A stretch of DNA of 64,000 nucleotides from Chloroflexota bacterium (GCA_965203015.1 CBDBBM010000005.1:93631-157630); one strand, 5' to 3'. Shown: positions 38,361 through 48,902, counted from the stretch's first letter. Numbers and translations are program-made. Notes: a model not told the origin generated them from the sequence alone.

Positions 38361-38460
38361 TTTAAACCTCCGCTTGCGACCCGGGATTGCACGCCAGTCA
38401 GCACCGTTTGGGGCATTTGCCTTCGCAGAGGCGTAGCGCCCGCCGGCCAGACTGTTATCT

Positions 38461-38477
38461 AGTTTGTATCACAAACT
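38461..38477. promoter_or_regulatory. Perfect palindrome AGTTTGT-atc-ACAAACT in AT-rich spacer upstream of the second ABC exporter operon
   Basis: Seen in sequence. A TTTGTATC repeat follows at 38481-38488. Confidence 0.35.
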
Positions 38478-38563
38478 CTTTTGTATCCCAAAGTTTATCC
38501 GGGTCCGGGAGTCCGCTTTGCACGGCCGGGACCGGGGCGCGCGACGCCGGGCGCAAAAGGGGT

Positions 38564-39247
38564 TCAGCCCCGTCCGGATGCGGGCACCGGCTGCGCGGGG
38601 GCAGAACGCGGCTGGAAACCGAACCCGCGGGCAAAGGCGTGCGCAAACTCGTCGGCCACCGCCTCGAGCGGGACCGCCCGGCCCAGCTGCCGGCCGATCG
38701 AGGTAACCGCGGCCCCGGGCAGTCCGCAGGGGACGATCGCTTCGAAGGGGCGCAGGTCAAGATTCACGTTGATGGCGATCCCGTGCCGGGTGACCCCGCG
38801 CTGGCAGCGGACCCCGACCGCCGCGATCTTGGCCCCTTCCACCCAGACTCCGGGCCGGGCCGGGTCGGCGGCGGCCCCGATTCCGTAGCCGGCCAGCACG
38901 CTTACGATCACGTCCTCGAGGCGGTGCACGTAGTCCGAGGGGCCCAGTCCTATCCGCTCCAGCAGCAGGATCGGGTAGGCCACCAGCTGGCCGGGCCCAT
39001 GGTAGGTGATGTCGCCGCCGCGGTCGACGTCGACCACCTCGATTCCCCGGTCACCCAGCTCGGACTCTTCGGCCAGCAGGCTGGCGCGACCCCCGCGCGC
39101 GCCCATGGTGTACACGGGCTCGTGCTCGAGCAGGCCCAGCACGTCCGGACAGCTGCCCGCACGGACCCGGTCGGCGGCCCTGTACTGCCATTCCAGCCCG
39201 TCGCGGTAGGCGATGCGGCCCAGATTCTGAACGTCCAATTGCAGCAT
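38564..39247 (-). CDS. lipB: Lipoyl(octanoyl) transferase
   Basis: LEHEPVYTMG...GGDITYHGPGQLVAYPIL...GAKIAAVGVR motifs of LipB. Confidence 0.85.
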   Translation of the reverse strand: MLQLDVQNLGRIAYRDGLEWQYRAADRVRAGSCPDVLGLLEHEPVYTMGARGGRASLLAEESELGDRGIEVVDVDRGGDITYHGPGQLVAYPILLLERIGLGPSDYVHRLEDVIVSVLAGYGIGAAADPARPGVWVEGAKIAAVGVRCQRGVTRHGIAINVNLDLRPFEAIVPCGLPGAAVTSIGRQLGRAVPLEAVADEFAHAFARGFGFQPRSAPAQPVPASGRG

Positions 39248-39368
39248 CGGATCAGGCGGCCTCCGGCGCCGGCCGGCGCGCTTCCGGCCCATACCCAATT
39301 AACATTAATTGAGTATCCGGTGACCAGGGCGGCTCCGCCCAGTGGGGCGATTAGGGAACCCTTAGTCA

Positions 39369-42062
39369 ATGCACACCGACCCGGCGACCGTTGCCAATGG
39401 CGAGCTCGCAATCGATGAGCTTGAACTGCTCGATTGGACCCAGGCCCTCCAGGACGTGCTGCACGCACGCGGCCCCGACAGGGTCAAGCGCTTGCTTGAA
39501 GACCTGCAGATATACGCCCAGCGGGCCGGGGTGTGGTCGCCCGAGGCGCTGAACACACCTTATGTAAACACGATCCCGGTCCATCTGCAGTCCGACTACC
39601 CGGGCAATCAGGCCCTGGAACGCCGGATCAAGAGCATCATCCGCTGGAACGCGATGGCCATGGTGGTGAAGGCCAACATGGAATCGGACGGGATCGGCGG
39701 CCATATTTCCACGTTCGCTTCCGCGGCGACCCTTTATGAGGTCGCCCAGAACCATTTCTTCAAGGGCCCCGACCACCCGTCCGGCGGCGACATCATCTAC
39801 TTCCAGGGCCACGCCTCCCCGGGGATGTACGCGCGGGCATTCATGGAGGGGCGGCTCGACCAGTCGCAGCTGACCAATTTCCGGCGCGAACTGCAGGAAC
39901 AACCCGGCCTTTCCTCGTATCCGCACCCCTGGCTGATGCCGGAGTTCTGGAACTACCCCACGGTCTCGATGGGGCTGGGCCCGTTGATGTCGATCTACCA
40001 GGCCCGGTTCATGCGCTACATGCAGGCCCGCGGTCTGGAGGCGCCATCCGAACGCAAGGTCTGGGCGTTTGTCGGCGACGGTGAAATCGATGAGCCCGAG
40101 AGCCTGGCCGGCATTTCCCTGGCCACCCGCGCGATGCTCGACAACCTGATCTGGGTGGTCAATTGCAACCTGCAGCGCCTGGACGGTCCGGTGCGCGGGA
40201 ACTCCAAGATCATCCAGGAACTGGAGGCCATCTTCCGCGGGGCCGGCTGGCACGTGATCAAGGTGCTGTGGGGCTCGGATTGGGACGAGCTGTTCGAGCG
40301 CGACCAGAAAGGCCTGATCGCGCGGCGCCTGCGCACCGTCGTCGACGGGGACTTCCAGAAGTACTCGGTCTCCGATGGCGCCTATCTGCGTCAGCATTTC
40401 TGGAACGCCGACCCCGAGCTTGGGGCCCTGGTCGCCGACAAGAGCGACGACGAGCTCTGGCGGATGACCCTGGGCGGCCACGATCCGATCAAGGTCTACG
40501 CCGCCTATCACCAGGCGATGCGCAACCGCGGCGCGCCGACCGTGATCCTGGCCCGGACGATCAAGGGCTACGGGCTGGGCGAGGCCGGCGAGGGACGCAA
40601 CATCACCCATCAGCAGAAAAAACTAAACCACGACGAACTGCTGGCGTTCCGCGACCGCTTCCAGATTCCGATCTCCGATCAGGTCGCATCGGACCTGGAT
40701 TTCCACAACCCCGGTCCGGGCAGCCGCGAAGTCATCTACATGAAAGAGCGTCGGCGCCAGCTCGGCGGCTCAATCCCGGAGCGCAGGGTCACGGCCAGCT
40801 CGATCCGGGCCCCTTCAGATGAATTCATCGAGGAGTTCCTGGTCGGTTCGGGCGAGCGCGCCGCCTCGACCACGATGGCCTACGTCCGCATCCTGACCAA
40901 GCTTCTGCGCGATCCCGAACTGGGGCGCTACGTCGTGCCCATTGTTCCCGACGAGGCCCGCACGTTCGGGATGGAGGCCCTGTTCCGCCAGTGCGGGATC
41001 TTCTCGCCGGTCGGGCAAAGATACGAGCCGGTCGATTCAGCCAGTCTGCTGCCCTACCGCGAAACGGTCGACGGCCAGATACTGCAGGAGGGCATCAACG
41101 AGGCCGGTTCCATGGCCTCGTTCATTGCCGCCGGGACGTCGCTGATGAATTTCGGCCAGCCGATGATCCCCTTCTACACGTATTACTCGATGTTCGGGAT
41201 GCAGCGGGTCGGGGACCTGGTGTGGGCGGCGGCCGACGCGCGGACGCGCGGTTTCCTGGTCGGCGGGACCGCCGGGCGCACGACCCTGGCCGGCGAGGGC
41301 CTCCAGCACCAGGACGGTCACAGCCATCTGCTCGCCTCGGCGGTGCCCAACCTCTACAGTTACGATCCGGCCTTTGCCTACGAGATCGCGGTGATCATCC
41401 AGGACGGCATCCGGCGCATGTTCCAGGAAGATCAGGAAATCTGCTACTACCTGACGGTCGGCAACGAAAACTACCGCCAGCCCCCGATGCCGGCCGACGC
41501 CGGCGTGCGGGAAGGGATCGTCAAGGGGCTCTACAAGTTCTCGTCCTCCCCGTTGCCGGAGGCGCCCCTGCAGGTGAACCTGATCGGCAGCGGACCGATG
41601 CTCAACGAGGCGGTCGTGGCCCAGGCCGAGCTTGCCGAACGCTTCGACATAGGCGCCGACGTCTGGTCGGCGACCAGCCTGGGCCTGCTGCGCAGCGACG
41701 CCGACGCGATCGAGCGCTGGAACATGCTCCACCCCAACGACCCGCCCAGGGTCCCGTACGTCCGGCGCTGCCTGGGCGATGAGCCGCGGGTCTCGGTAAG
41801 TTCGTCCGACTACGTCAAGGCCATGGCCGATTCGCTGGGCCGCTGGACCGCCGGCCCGTTCCTGGCCCTGGGAACCGACGGATTCGGACGGTCCGAGGCC
41901 CGGGCCGAACTGCGCGACTTTTTCGAAATCGATCACCGGTACATGGTGCTGGCGGCGCTGGGGGCGCTGGCCAAGCGCGGCGAGGTCGAGAATTCGGTTG
42001 CGCGAGCAGCGATCGCGCATTTTCAGATCGATCCCGAAAAAGCCAATCCGGTGCTGAGTTGA
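39369..42062 (+). CDS. aceE: Pyruvate dehydrogenase E1 component (homodimeric AceE type)
   Basis: 897 aa, AceE-type sequence throughout. Confidence 0.9.
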   Translation: MHTDPATVANGELAIDELELLDWTQALQDVLHARGPDRVKRLLEDLQIYAQRAGVWSPEALNTPYVNTIPVHLQSDYPGNQALERRIKSIIRWNAMAMVVKANMESDGIGGHISTFASAATLYEVAQNHFFKGPDHPSGGDIIYFQGHASPGMYARAFMEGRLDQSQLTNFRRELQEQPGLSSYPHPWLMPEFWNYPTVSMGLGPLMSIYQARFMRYMQARGLEAPSERKVWAFVGDGEIDEPESLAGISLATRAMLDNLIWVVNCNLQRLDGPVRGNSKIIQELEAIFRGAGWHVIKVLWGSDWDELFERDQKGLIARRLRTVVDGDFQKYSVSDGAYLRQHFWNADPELGALVADKSDDELWRMTLGGHDPIKVYAAYHQAMRNRGAPTVILARTIKGYGLGEAGEGRNITHQQKKLNHDELLAFRDRFQIPISDQVASDLDFHNPGPGSREVIYMKERRRQLGGSIPERRVTASSIRAPSDEFIEEFLVGSGERAASTTMAYVRILTKLLRDPELGRYVVPIVPDEARTFGMEALFRQCGIFSPVGQRYEPVDSASLLPYRETVDGQILQEGINEAGSMASFIAAGTSLMNFGQPMIPFYTYYSMFGMQRVGDLVWAAADARTRGFLVGGTAGRTTLAGEGLQHQDGHSHLLASAVPNLYSYDPAFAYEIAVIIQDGIRRMFQEDQEICYYLTVGNENYRQPPMPADAGVREGIVKGLYKFSSSPLPEAPLQVNLIGSGPMLNEAVVAQAELAERFDIGADVWSATSLGLLRSDADAIERWNMLHPNDPPRVPYVRRCLGDEPRVSVSSSDYVKAMADSLGRWTAGPFLALGTDGFGRSEARAELRDFFEIDHRYMVLAALGALAKRGEVENSVARAAIAHFQIDPEKANPVLS

Positions 42063-43348
42063 CGGTCGAAGAACCCGCCGCGGCGGTTACCCATCTGAAC
42101 ATGCCCTACCTCGGCGACGGCGCCGGGGAAGCCGACATCCTCAAGGTGATGGTCGCCGAAGGTGACGAGATCGCCATCGAGCAACCGGTGATCGAGATCG
42201 AAACCGACAAGGCCACGGTCGAGGTGCCGTCCGACCTTGCCGGGAAGGTCCTGAAGCTCCTGGTCACGCCCGGTCAACAGATCAGCAGCGGCGATGCGAT
42301 CCTGGAGATCGCGGCCCGGCCGGCCAGCGACCCTGCCCCGTCGGGGCCCGCCACTCCGGCGCCTGGGCCCGCGCCGACCCCCGGCCCCCAGCGGGAATCG
42401 GCCGGCCCGGCCGGGGCCGGCTACGGCGCGGCCCCCCAGGCTCGGCCGCGCCCGCCCGCCGCGCCGCCGCCGACGCGGCAGGGCCAGGGACCGGTGTTTG
42501 CATCGCCGAGCGTGCGCGCGCTGGCGCGCGAAATCGGGGTCGATATCTATCAGGTCCCGGGCAGCGGCCCCGCCGGACGGATCTCCCCCGACGACGTGAA
42601 GGCCTTTGCCCGCAGTCGCCCGGGCGGGACGCCTTCGGCCCCCGCCCCGTTGCCGGATTTCTCCGAGTACGGGGAGACCGAGGAGGTGGATCTCTCGCGC
42701 CTGCGGCGGACCATCGCCCGCAACCTGGGTAGTTCCTGGAACCAGATTCCCCACGTCACCCTGCACGCCCACGCCGAGATTGACGAGCTCAACCGGCAGC
42801 GGCGGGCCCTGCGCGACAGCGGCCGGCCGGCCAGCATAACCGCGGTCCTGGTCCAGCAGGTCGTGGCCGCCCTGCAGGCCGAGCCGGTCATAAATTCCAG
42901 CTTTGACGCCGGCGCCGGCAAGTTGGTGCTCAAGCGGTACTACAACATCGGAATCGCCGTAGACACCGAGCGCGGTCTGGTGGTGCCGGTAATCCGGGAT
43001 GCCGATTCGAAGCCGCTGGCCGATCTGGCGGCCGAACTATCCGACTTGGCCGAACGCGCCCGGGCGGGAAAAATATCCCCCGACGAACTCAGCGGCGCCA
43101 GCTTCACCATCACGAATCTCGGCACCCTCGGGATCGGCGAATTCACCCCGATCATCAATCCGCCCGAGGTGGCGATCCTGGGCGTGGGCGCGTCCGAGTC
43201 ACGGCCGACCTGGAACGGGGAGAGTTTCGAGCCAAGGCTCGCGCTGCCGCTGTCGCTGTCGATCGATCACCGCGCCGTCGACGGCGCCGACGGGGCCAGG
43301 TTCCTGTCCGCGCTAACGCGCGGTCTTGCCGCGCCCGGCCTTATCTGA
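42059..43348 (+). CDS. Dihydrolipoamide acetyltransferase (E2)
   Basis: Lipoyl domain IEIETDKATVEV, Pro/Ala linker, PSBD, catalytic DHRAVDGA. Start at the TTG at 42059 or the ATG at 42101. Confidence 0.9.
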   Translation: MTVEEPAAAVTHLNMPYLGDGAGEADILKVMVAEGDEIAIEQPVIEIETDKATVEVPSDLAGKVLKLLVTPGQQISSGDAILEIAARPASDPAPSGPATPAPGPAPTPGPQRESAGPAGAGYGAAPQARPRPPAAPPPTRQGQGPVFASPSVRALAREIGVDIYQVPGSGPAGRISPDDVKAFARSRPGGTPSAPAPLPDFSEYGETEEVDLSRLRRTIARNLGSSWNQIPHVTLHAHAEIDELNRQRRALRDSGRPASITAVLVQQVVAALQAEPVINSSFDAGAGKLVLKRYYNIGIAVDTERGLVVPVIRDADSKPLADLAAELSDLAERARAGKISPDELSGASFTITNLGTLGIGEFTPIINPPEVAILGVGASESRPTWNGESFEPRLALPLSLSIDHRAVDGADGARFLSALTRGLAAPGLI

Positions 43349-44801
43349 CCGACGATCCGCCCAGAGCAACCGGGAGACTGAATTGGCAACCGACCAGCAG
43401 GCCCTGAGGGTCGCCGTCATCGGCGGCGGGCCGGGCGGATACCCGGCCGCGTTCGCGGCCGCGCGCGCCGGTCATCAGGTGACGTTGATCGACGAGAACG
43501 CGGCACTGGGCGGGGTCTGCCTGCGCTGCGGCTGCATCCCCTCGAAAACGCTCCTGCACGCGGCCGACATCATGGCCGCCGCCGAAGGCGCCAAGCAGTT
43601 CGGGATCGAATTCGGAGAGCCCCGGATCTCGGTCGATGGCTTGCTGGGCTGGAAAAACAAGGTCATCGACCAGATGTCGGGCGGGATCGCCATGCTGGCC
43701 CGTCAGCAGAAGGTAACCGTGCTCTGCGGGCGGGCGCGCTTTGACGGGCCCGGCCGCCTGGCGGTGGAAGGCCCGGACGGCCAGCTGGTCGAATTCGACC
43801 GCGCGGTGATCGCCACCGGCTCCAGCCCGCTGCAGCTGCCGATGTTCCCCGACGACCCGCGGGTCCTGGATTCGACCACGGCCCTGGAAATCAGCGGGCC
43901 GCCCAAAAACCTGCTGGTAGTCGGCGGGGGCTACATCGGACTCGAGCTGGGTTCGGTGTACGCGGCCCTGGGCACCCGCGTGAGCGTGGTCGAGATGACC
44001 GCCGGCCTGCTGCCGGGCGCCGACCGCGACCTGGTGCGGCCGCTGCAGCGGCGCCTGGGGAAAGAGTTCGAGAACATCTGGCTGCGGACACGGGTCGTGA
44101 GGGCGGGCGCCTTCCCGGGCGGAATCCGCTGCGAATTCCAGGGCGAGGACGCCGACGTGGCCCCGGCCTGGTTCGACCAGGTGCTGGTCGCGGTCGGGCG
44201 AAAACCCAACAGCGCCGACCTTGGCCTGGACAGGGTCGAAGTGAGTACCGACGAGCGCGGGTTCATCGTCATCGACAGCCAGCAGCGCACCAGCAATCCC
44301 TCGATATTTGCGGTCGGTGATGTCGTCGGCGGCTCGATGCTGGCCCACAAGGCGACCGCCGAGGCCAGGGTCGCCGTCGAAGCCATGAACGGCGAGCCGG
44401 CCCAGTTCGATCACGTCGCGATCCCGGCGGTCGTGTTCACCGACCCCGAGATCGCCTGGTGCGGCCTGACCGAGACCCAGGCGCGCGCCGAAGGCCGCGA
44501 GATCCGGATCGTCCGCTTCCCGTGGGCCGCCCTGGGCCGGGCCACGGCGATGGGGCGCAACGAGGGTATGAGCAAGCTCGTCATCGACCCGGTCGACGAG
44601 CGCGTGCTCGGGGCCGGCGTGGTCGGGGTCGGCGCCGGCGAGTTGATCGCCGCCCAGGTCATCGCCATGGAAATGGGTGCGGTCGCGTCCGAAGTGGCGC
44701 ATGCAATTCACCCCCATCCGACCACCTCGGAGTCGGTGATGGAAGCGGCCGAAATTTTCTACGGAGCAAGCCCGCACTACCTAGGGAGGGTCGCCAAGTG
44801 A
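43326..44801 (+). CDS. lpdA: Dihydrolipoyl dehydrogenase (E3)
   Basis: GGGPGGY, redox disulfide GGVCLRCGCIPSK, C-terminal HAHPTTSE. Start may be the TTG at 43383 rather than the overlapping ATG at 43326. Confidence 0.9.
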   Translation: MPRPALSDRRSAQSNRETELATDQQALRVAVIGGGPGGYPAAFAAARAGHQVTLIDENAALGGVCLRCGCIPSKTLLHAADIMAAAEGAKQFGIEFGEPRISVDGLLGWKNKVIDQMSGGIAMLARQQKVTVLCGRARFDGPGRLAVEGPDGQLVEFDRAVIATGSSPLQLPMFPDDPRVLDSTTALEISGPPKNLLVVGGGYIGLELGSVYAALGTRVSVVEMTAGLLPGADRDLVRPLQRRLGKEFENIWLRTRVVRAGAFPGGIRCEFQGEDADVAPAWFDQVLVAVGRKPNSADLGLDRVEVSTDERGFIVIDSQQRTSNPSIFAVGDVVGGSMLAHKATAEARVAVEAMNGEPAQFDHVAIPAVVFTDPEIAWCGLTETQARAEGREIRIVRFPWAALGRATAMGRNEGMSKLVIDPVDERVLGAGVVGVGAGELIAAQVIAMEMGAVASEVAHAIHPHPTTSESVMEAAEIFYGASPHYLGRVAK

Positions 44802-45946
44802 TCCCCAGCCTCAGTCCCGCAGCCTGCCGCGCGCGCCGCGAGCGGCTATGGAACGCAGTCTCATCATCACGCGAGGGAATCGAGGCGCTGCTGGTGTCGC
44901 GGCCCGAGCACGTGTACTACCTATCCGGTTTCCTGCACGACCCCAACAACATCAACAACCGCGCCCCGCAGTACCTGCTTATCGACGCCGACGGCGGCGC
45001 GACGCTGTTAATCGACGGATTCGGTCCCAACCGCCCCGGGCTTGCCCTGATGGCCGAGATCGGCATCGAGGTGATCAGCGGCGGATGGGCCGCATTCGAT
45101 CCGCTGGTCCCGCGCACCATCGCGGCCGCCCGCGCGGTTTCGGCCGAGATTGAGCGGCGCGGCATCGGGCGCCTGGGCGCCGAACCCGCCCACCTGCCGC
45201 GCGCGGCCGCCGGCGAAGAGGCGATAGTGCTTGACATCGAGCCCCTAATCACCCGGATGCGGCGCCGCAAGGACGACGACGAACTGGCGATCATCCGCGC
45301 CGCGATCGGGGTCGGCGAACGCTTTCACCGGGCCGCCCGCGAACGGATCCGACCCGGAGTTTCCGAGGTGGACCTGTACGCCGAGATCGTGGCCGAGGCG
45401 ACCAAGGAAGCCGAACAGCCGCTGGTGATGATGTGCGACTTCCGCTCCGGCCCGCCAATGCGCACCGGCCTGGGGCCGACCCAGCGGGTAATCGAACCGG
45501 GCGACAACCTGCTGCTCGACATCTACCCCTACATGAAGGGGTACCGCTGCGACATCACCAACACCCTGAACGCGGGCGGGCGTCCGACCGCGCTGCAGGA
45601 GAAGGCGATGGAAGCGGCGATCGCGGGGCTGAACGCCTGCGCCGAAGCCGGCCGCCCGGGCGTCAGCGGCGACGACTTCTACCGGATCCAGACCGACGCG
45701 ATCGCCGAGTACGATCCGGCCTGGAAAAAGATGCAGGGCCACGCCGGGCACTCGCTCGGACTCGAACACCCGGAGGCGCCGGACTTTCGCACCGGCAATC
45801 TGGAGACGATCACCGAAGGTGACGTGATCACGTTCGAGCCGCACGTCTTCGGCGACCCGTTCCAGGGCTGCCGCATCGAACACAACTACCTTGTAACCGC
45901 CGACGGTCTGGAGCAGCTCTCCCAGCACGACATCGGGCTCTGCTGA
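44798..45946 (+). CDS. M24 family metallopeptidase (Xaa-Pro aminopeptidase/creatinase-like)
   Basis: Creatinase_N-like N-terminus, pita-bread fold with metal ligands (D, D, H, E, E). GTG start overlapping the lpd stop. Confidence 0.75.
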   Translation: MIPSLSPAACRARRERLWNAVSSSREGIEALLVSRPEHVYYLSGFLHDPNNINNRAPQYLLIDADGGATLLIDGFGPNRPGLALMAEIGIEVISGGWAAFDPLVPRTIAAARAVSAEIERRGIGRLGAEPAHLPRAAAGEEAIVLDIEPLITRMRRRKDDDELAIIRAAIGVGERFHRAARERIRPGVSEVDLYAEIVAEATKEAEQPLVMMCDFRSGPPMRTGLGPTQRVIEPGDNLLLDIYPYMKGYRCDITNTLNAGGRPTALQEKAMEAAIAGLNACAEAGRPGVSGDDFYRIQTDAIAEYDPAWKKMQGHAGHSLGLEHPEAPDFRTGNLETITEGDVITFEPHVFGDPFQGCRIEHNYLVTADGLEQLSQHDIGLC

Positions 45947-46032
45947 GATCCGGTCCCAGATGTGGGACCGAGCGTCGAACGGTCCTGCGTTTGCGTGGCG
46001 GGGCCGAAGATGAGGTTCCAACGCGCAGATTG

Positions 46033-46452
46033 CTAAACCGTGGCGAATCCCTCCAGCCGGGCGGCTTCCGCGAGCCGCCGATCATTGCAGACGAATTCAA
46101 TAGTGTTCGAGAGCTCATGAACCGCAAACAGCGCGGCGGCAAGCTGCAACCCGTCGGCCGCGCGCAGCGGATGCACCCTTAGTAGTCGCCTGGCCCGGGA
46201 GCGGATCTGGTCCTCGGGCGGCACTTCGATCCAGTTTTGGGCAAGGTCCTCGAGTCCCGCCACCGCTGCCTGCACTGGCGCCGAATCATTACCGGGGCGC
46301 CGCCTGAAACTGGCCAACGCAGATTCGCATTCCACCAACGATCCCCACCAGACGACGATGACTGGATCCGATTCGTGCAGCGCCCGGCGAGCGCCGCTCG
46401 ATGGCTCTTCCACCAGCAGCGGGACTAATGCCGACGAATCCCAGAACCTCAA
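46033..46452 (-). CDS. vapC: PIN-domain toxin VapC
   Basis: MRFWDSSALV... PIN acidic residues. ATGA coupled to the upstream antitoxin. Confidence 0.7.
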   Translation of the reverse strand: MRFWDSSALVPLLVEEPSSGARRALHESDPVIVVWWGSLVECESALASFRRRPGNDSAPVQAAVAGLEDLAQNWIEVPPEDQIRSRARRLLRVHPLRAADGLQLAAALFAVHELSNTIEFVCNDRRLAEAARLEGFATV

Positions 46453-46754
46453 TAGCGTTCTTTCCGCACCCAGTCAATCAGGTCTTGCGCAGTCATCCCT
46501 GGCGGCAATTTGGGGCGCTCCCAAGACCGGAACTTATCCAGGTCGATTCCCTTGCCACTGCGCGGCGGGCGGACAACCCCTCTGGCGACCATATCCGCCA
46601 ATAGCTCGTCGTCGCTTAGACCCTTCAGATCGTACGGCGCCAGAGTCGCGATCGGTCTGCCGCGAGACGTAATCAGAACGGTTTCGCCACGCTCGACTTC
46701 TTGGAGGAGGGCGCTGAGTCCGTTTTTGGCCTCGGACACGCTTGCTTTTTTCAT
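46449..46754 (-). CDS. vapB: Type II antitoxin (Phd/YefM- or VapB-type)
   Basis: MKKASVSEAKNGLSALLQEVERGETVLITSRGRPIATL is the Phd/YefM N-terminal fold. Confidence 0.65.
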   Translation of the reverse strand: MKKASVSEAKNGLSALLQEVERGETVLITSRGRPIATLAPYDLKGLSDDELLADMVARGVVRPPRSGKGIDLDKFRSWERPKLPPGMTAQDLIDWVRKERY

Positions 46755-46772
46755 GAGGACGCTCTGGCTATC

Positions 46773-46788
46773 AGAATATAGCTATTCT
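46773..46788. promoter_or_regulatory. Palindrome AGAATA-tagc-TATTCT upstream of vapB (candidate operator)
   Basis: Seen in sequence, 19 bp upstream of the antitoxin start. Outer GGCTA/TAGCC arms extend it imperfectly. Confidence 0.4.
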
Positions 46789-46913
46789 AGCCTTTTCATA
46801 CGCGAATCCGATTGGTGCCACGTTTTCTGGAGCGTGTGCGGCAAGGGATTTGCAGATCGCCAGGCGGACTGTCCCCGGCAATGATCGATCGATCCTTGGA
46901 TTAGGGTCCGCAG

Positions 46914-47693
46914 TCAAGCGCGACCGCGCAGCACCACCTCGTCGGGGTGCTCGGAAAAGTCGGGGCCTTCGTACCAGGGAAGATCCTCGACCGGCAACGC
47001 GTTGCCGTAGGTCGGGACCTTGCCGCGCGGCGCCGCAACGTAGGCAATCCCGTTGGCGATCACGTGCAGGACGTTCCGGTCATGGTAAATGGGAAGGGTC
47101 TCATGACCGGGCCGGAAATAGAAGATCTTGCCCGCGCCGCGGTGGAAAACGCAACCCGACCGGAACACCTCGCCGCCCTGGAACCAGCTGACAAAAACCA
47201 GCTCGTCGGGGGCCGGGATGTCGAAATGCTCGCCGTACATCTCTGATTTTTCGAGTTCAAAGTACTCGCCCAGGCCGGCCGCGATGGGGTGCGCCGGGTC
47301 CACGACCCAGATCCGCTCGCGCTCGTCGGCCTCGCGCCACTTTAGCCAGCAGGAAGTTCCCATCAGCTTCTTGAAAATCTTGGACAGGTGTCCGGAATGC
47401 AGCACCACCAGTCCCATGCCCTGCATGATCCGATCATGGACGCGGTCGACGATTTCGTCATCGACTTCGCCATGGGCCATGTGGCCCCACCAGATCAGTA
47501 CGTCGGTGTCATCCAGGACCGCTTCGGTCAGCCCGTGCTCAGGTTCATCCAGAGTGGCGGCCCTGATGTTCAGGTTTTCGTTCTTGGCCAGCCCGGCCGC
47601 TATCGCGCCGTGGATCCCGTCCGGGTAGATGGCGGCGATTTTCTTGCTCGCCTTTTCGTGGCGAAATTCGTTCCAGATGGTCACGTTGATCAT
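46914..47693 (-). CDS. ThuA-like (trehalose utilisation / class I glutamine amidotransferase-like) protein
   Basis: ThuA-family sequence throughout ([13 protein letters not shown]..., HSGH...). Confidence 0.6.
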   Translation of the reverse strand: MINVTIWNEFRHEKASKKIAAIYPDGIHGAIAAGLAKNENLNIRAATLDEPEHGLTEAVLDDTDVLIWWGHMAHGEVDDEIVDRVHDRIMQGMGLVVLHSGHLSKIFKKLMGTSCWLKWREADERERIWVVDPAHPIAAGLGEYFELEKSEMYGEHFDIPAPDELVFVSWFQGGEVFRSGCVFHRGAGKIFYFRPGHETLPIYHDRNVLHVIANGIAYVAAPRGKVPTYGNALPVEDLPWYEGPDFSEHPDEVVLRGRA

Positions 47694-47761
47694 CGGCGTT
47701 CCTTAGTTTCCGGGATGTTTGCGGCGACCGGCGGGCCCGCCGGTCGAGCCTAAATTCTGCG

Positions 47762-48902
47762 TTAGGTGGGAGCTTTGGACCGCAGTCGGCGGGCCAGATC
47801 GGGGTCGTCGGCCAGCAGTGCCGCGAGGCGTTCGGCGGCAAGCGGGTCGCCCGGATCCCCTCCGGCGCGCCGCAGCAGCGCACGGGCCTCGAGCAGGCGG
47901 CGGCGGCGGTTCCGGGTCCGGGCCCCCACCGCCACCAGGGCCAGCGCCAGGCCGGCCAGGACGGCAGCCAACGCCGCCGTCCGCGCCTCCAGGGCGCCGC
48001 CGAGCCGGTCGCCGAGCCCGTAGGCCGGATCGCTGATCCGCAGCGCCACCGTTTCCCCGGCGGCAAAGTCCCGGCCCTCGTAGATGGCCAGGCGGGCACG
48101 CTCGTTCATCTGCAGCCCGGGCTGCTGGATCAGTCGCGGCGCCGCTATCCGGACCTGGCTCTCGACTCCCCATACGCGGAAAAGGGCGGCGGGCGCGGGC
48201 ATGTCGGATGTCAAAGGCCTGTCCGGCCCGGTCCCAGGGGAACTGGTACTCGAAGGAGAACGTGGATTCCCCGGGCGGCAGGGTAGCCGCGCCCAGTATC
48301 TGGTCACCGCCGGGGCCCACCTCCCAGGAAGCCGGTCCGGCCAGGGCCGAGACCTGGGTCGTTGACGGCGGCAGCGGAAACCGGAGCAGCGGACTTGGCG
48401 GATCGATCGCCAGCGCGCGGTCGCCGGGCAACCGGAAGGTGACCGTGTGGACGGCGCGGATGCGCGCGCCGCCGGCTTCGCGGGCCAGGACCAGCGAGTA
48501 ATCGGTCAGAAAGGCGCCCGGGTCACCGGGCGCCGGCTCGAAGACCCGCAGCCGGGCCTGCGCCCCGGGACCCTCGGCCAGGCTGACCGGCTCGCTGGCG
48601 AAGGTGAGCCCCTTGTAGTTGGTAGTGGCAACGTATACCCAGGACGGATCGGGGTCGAGTCCCCGGGCGAGGTGCCGACCCCCCTCGTCCCGCTCAAGAT
48701 CGCGCCAGGTCCCGGCCAGGACTTCGCCCCGGAATCCGAGCAGTTCGACCTCGATTGCGCCGGGGTCGGGGGCTCCGGCGGTGCCGTTCTCAACCACTAT
48801 CGCCAGGTTTCCCTCCTCCTGGGCCAGCGCCGCGCCCGGCGCCAGCAGAAGCCAGATCAGGCCCAGCAGGACCGCCGCCGGGCGGGGGCGGGCTAGGCCC
48901 AA
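47762..48902 (-). pseudogene. Secreted, C-terminally membrane-anchored hypothetical protein, apparently frameshifted
   Basis: N-terminal part from the TTG at 48902 (signal peptide LLGLIWLLLAPGAALA) lies in the frame of ORF 47703..49565. A plausible C-terminal part with a TM anchor (AALAAVLAGLALALVAVGA) lies in the frame of ORF 47762..48307. The junction is near the G/C-rich stretch around 48190-48215. Confidence 0.35.
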
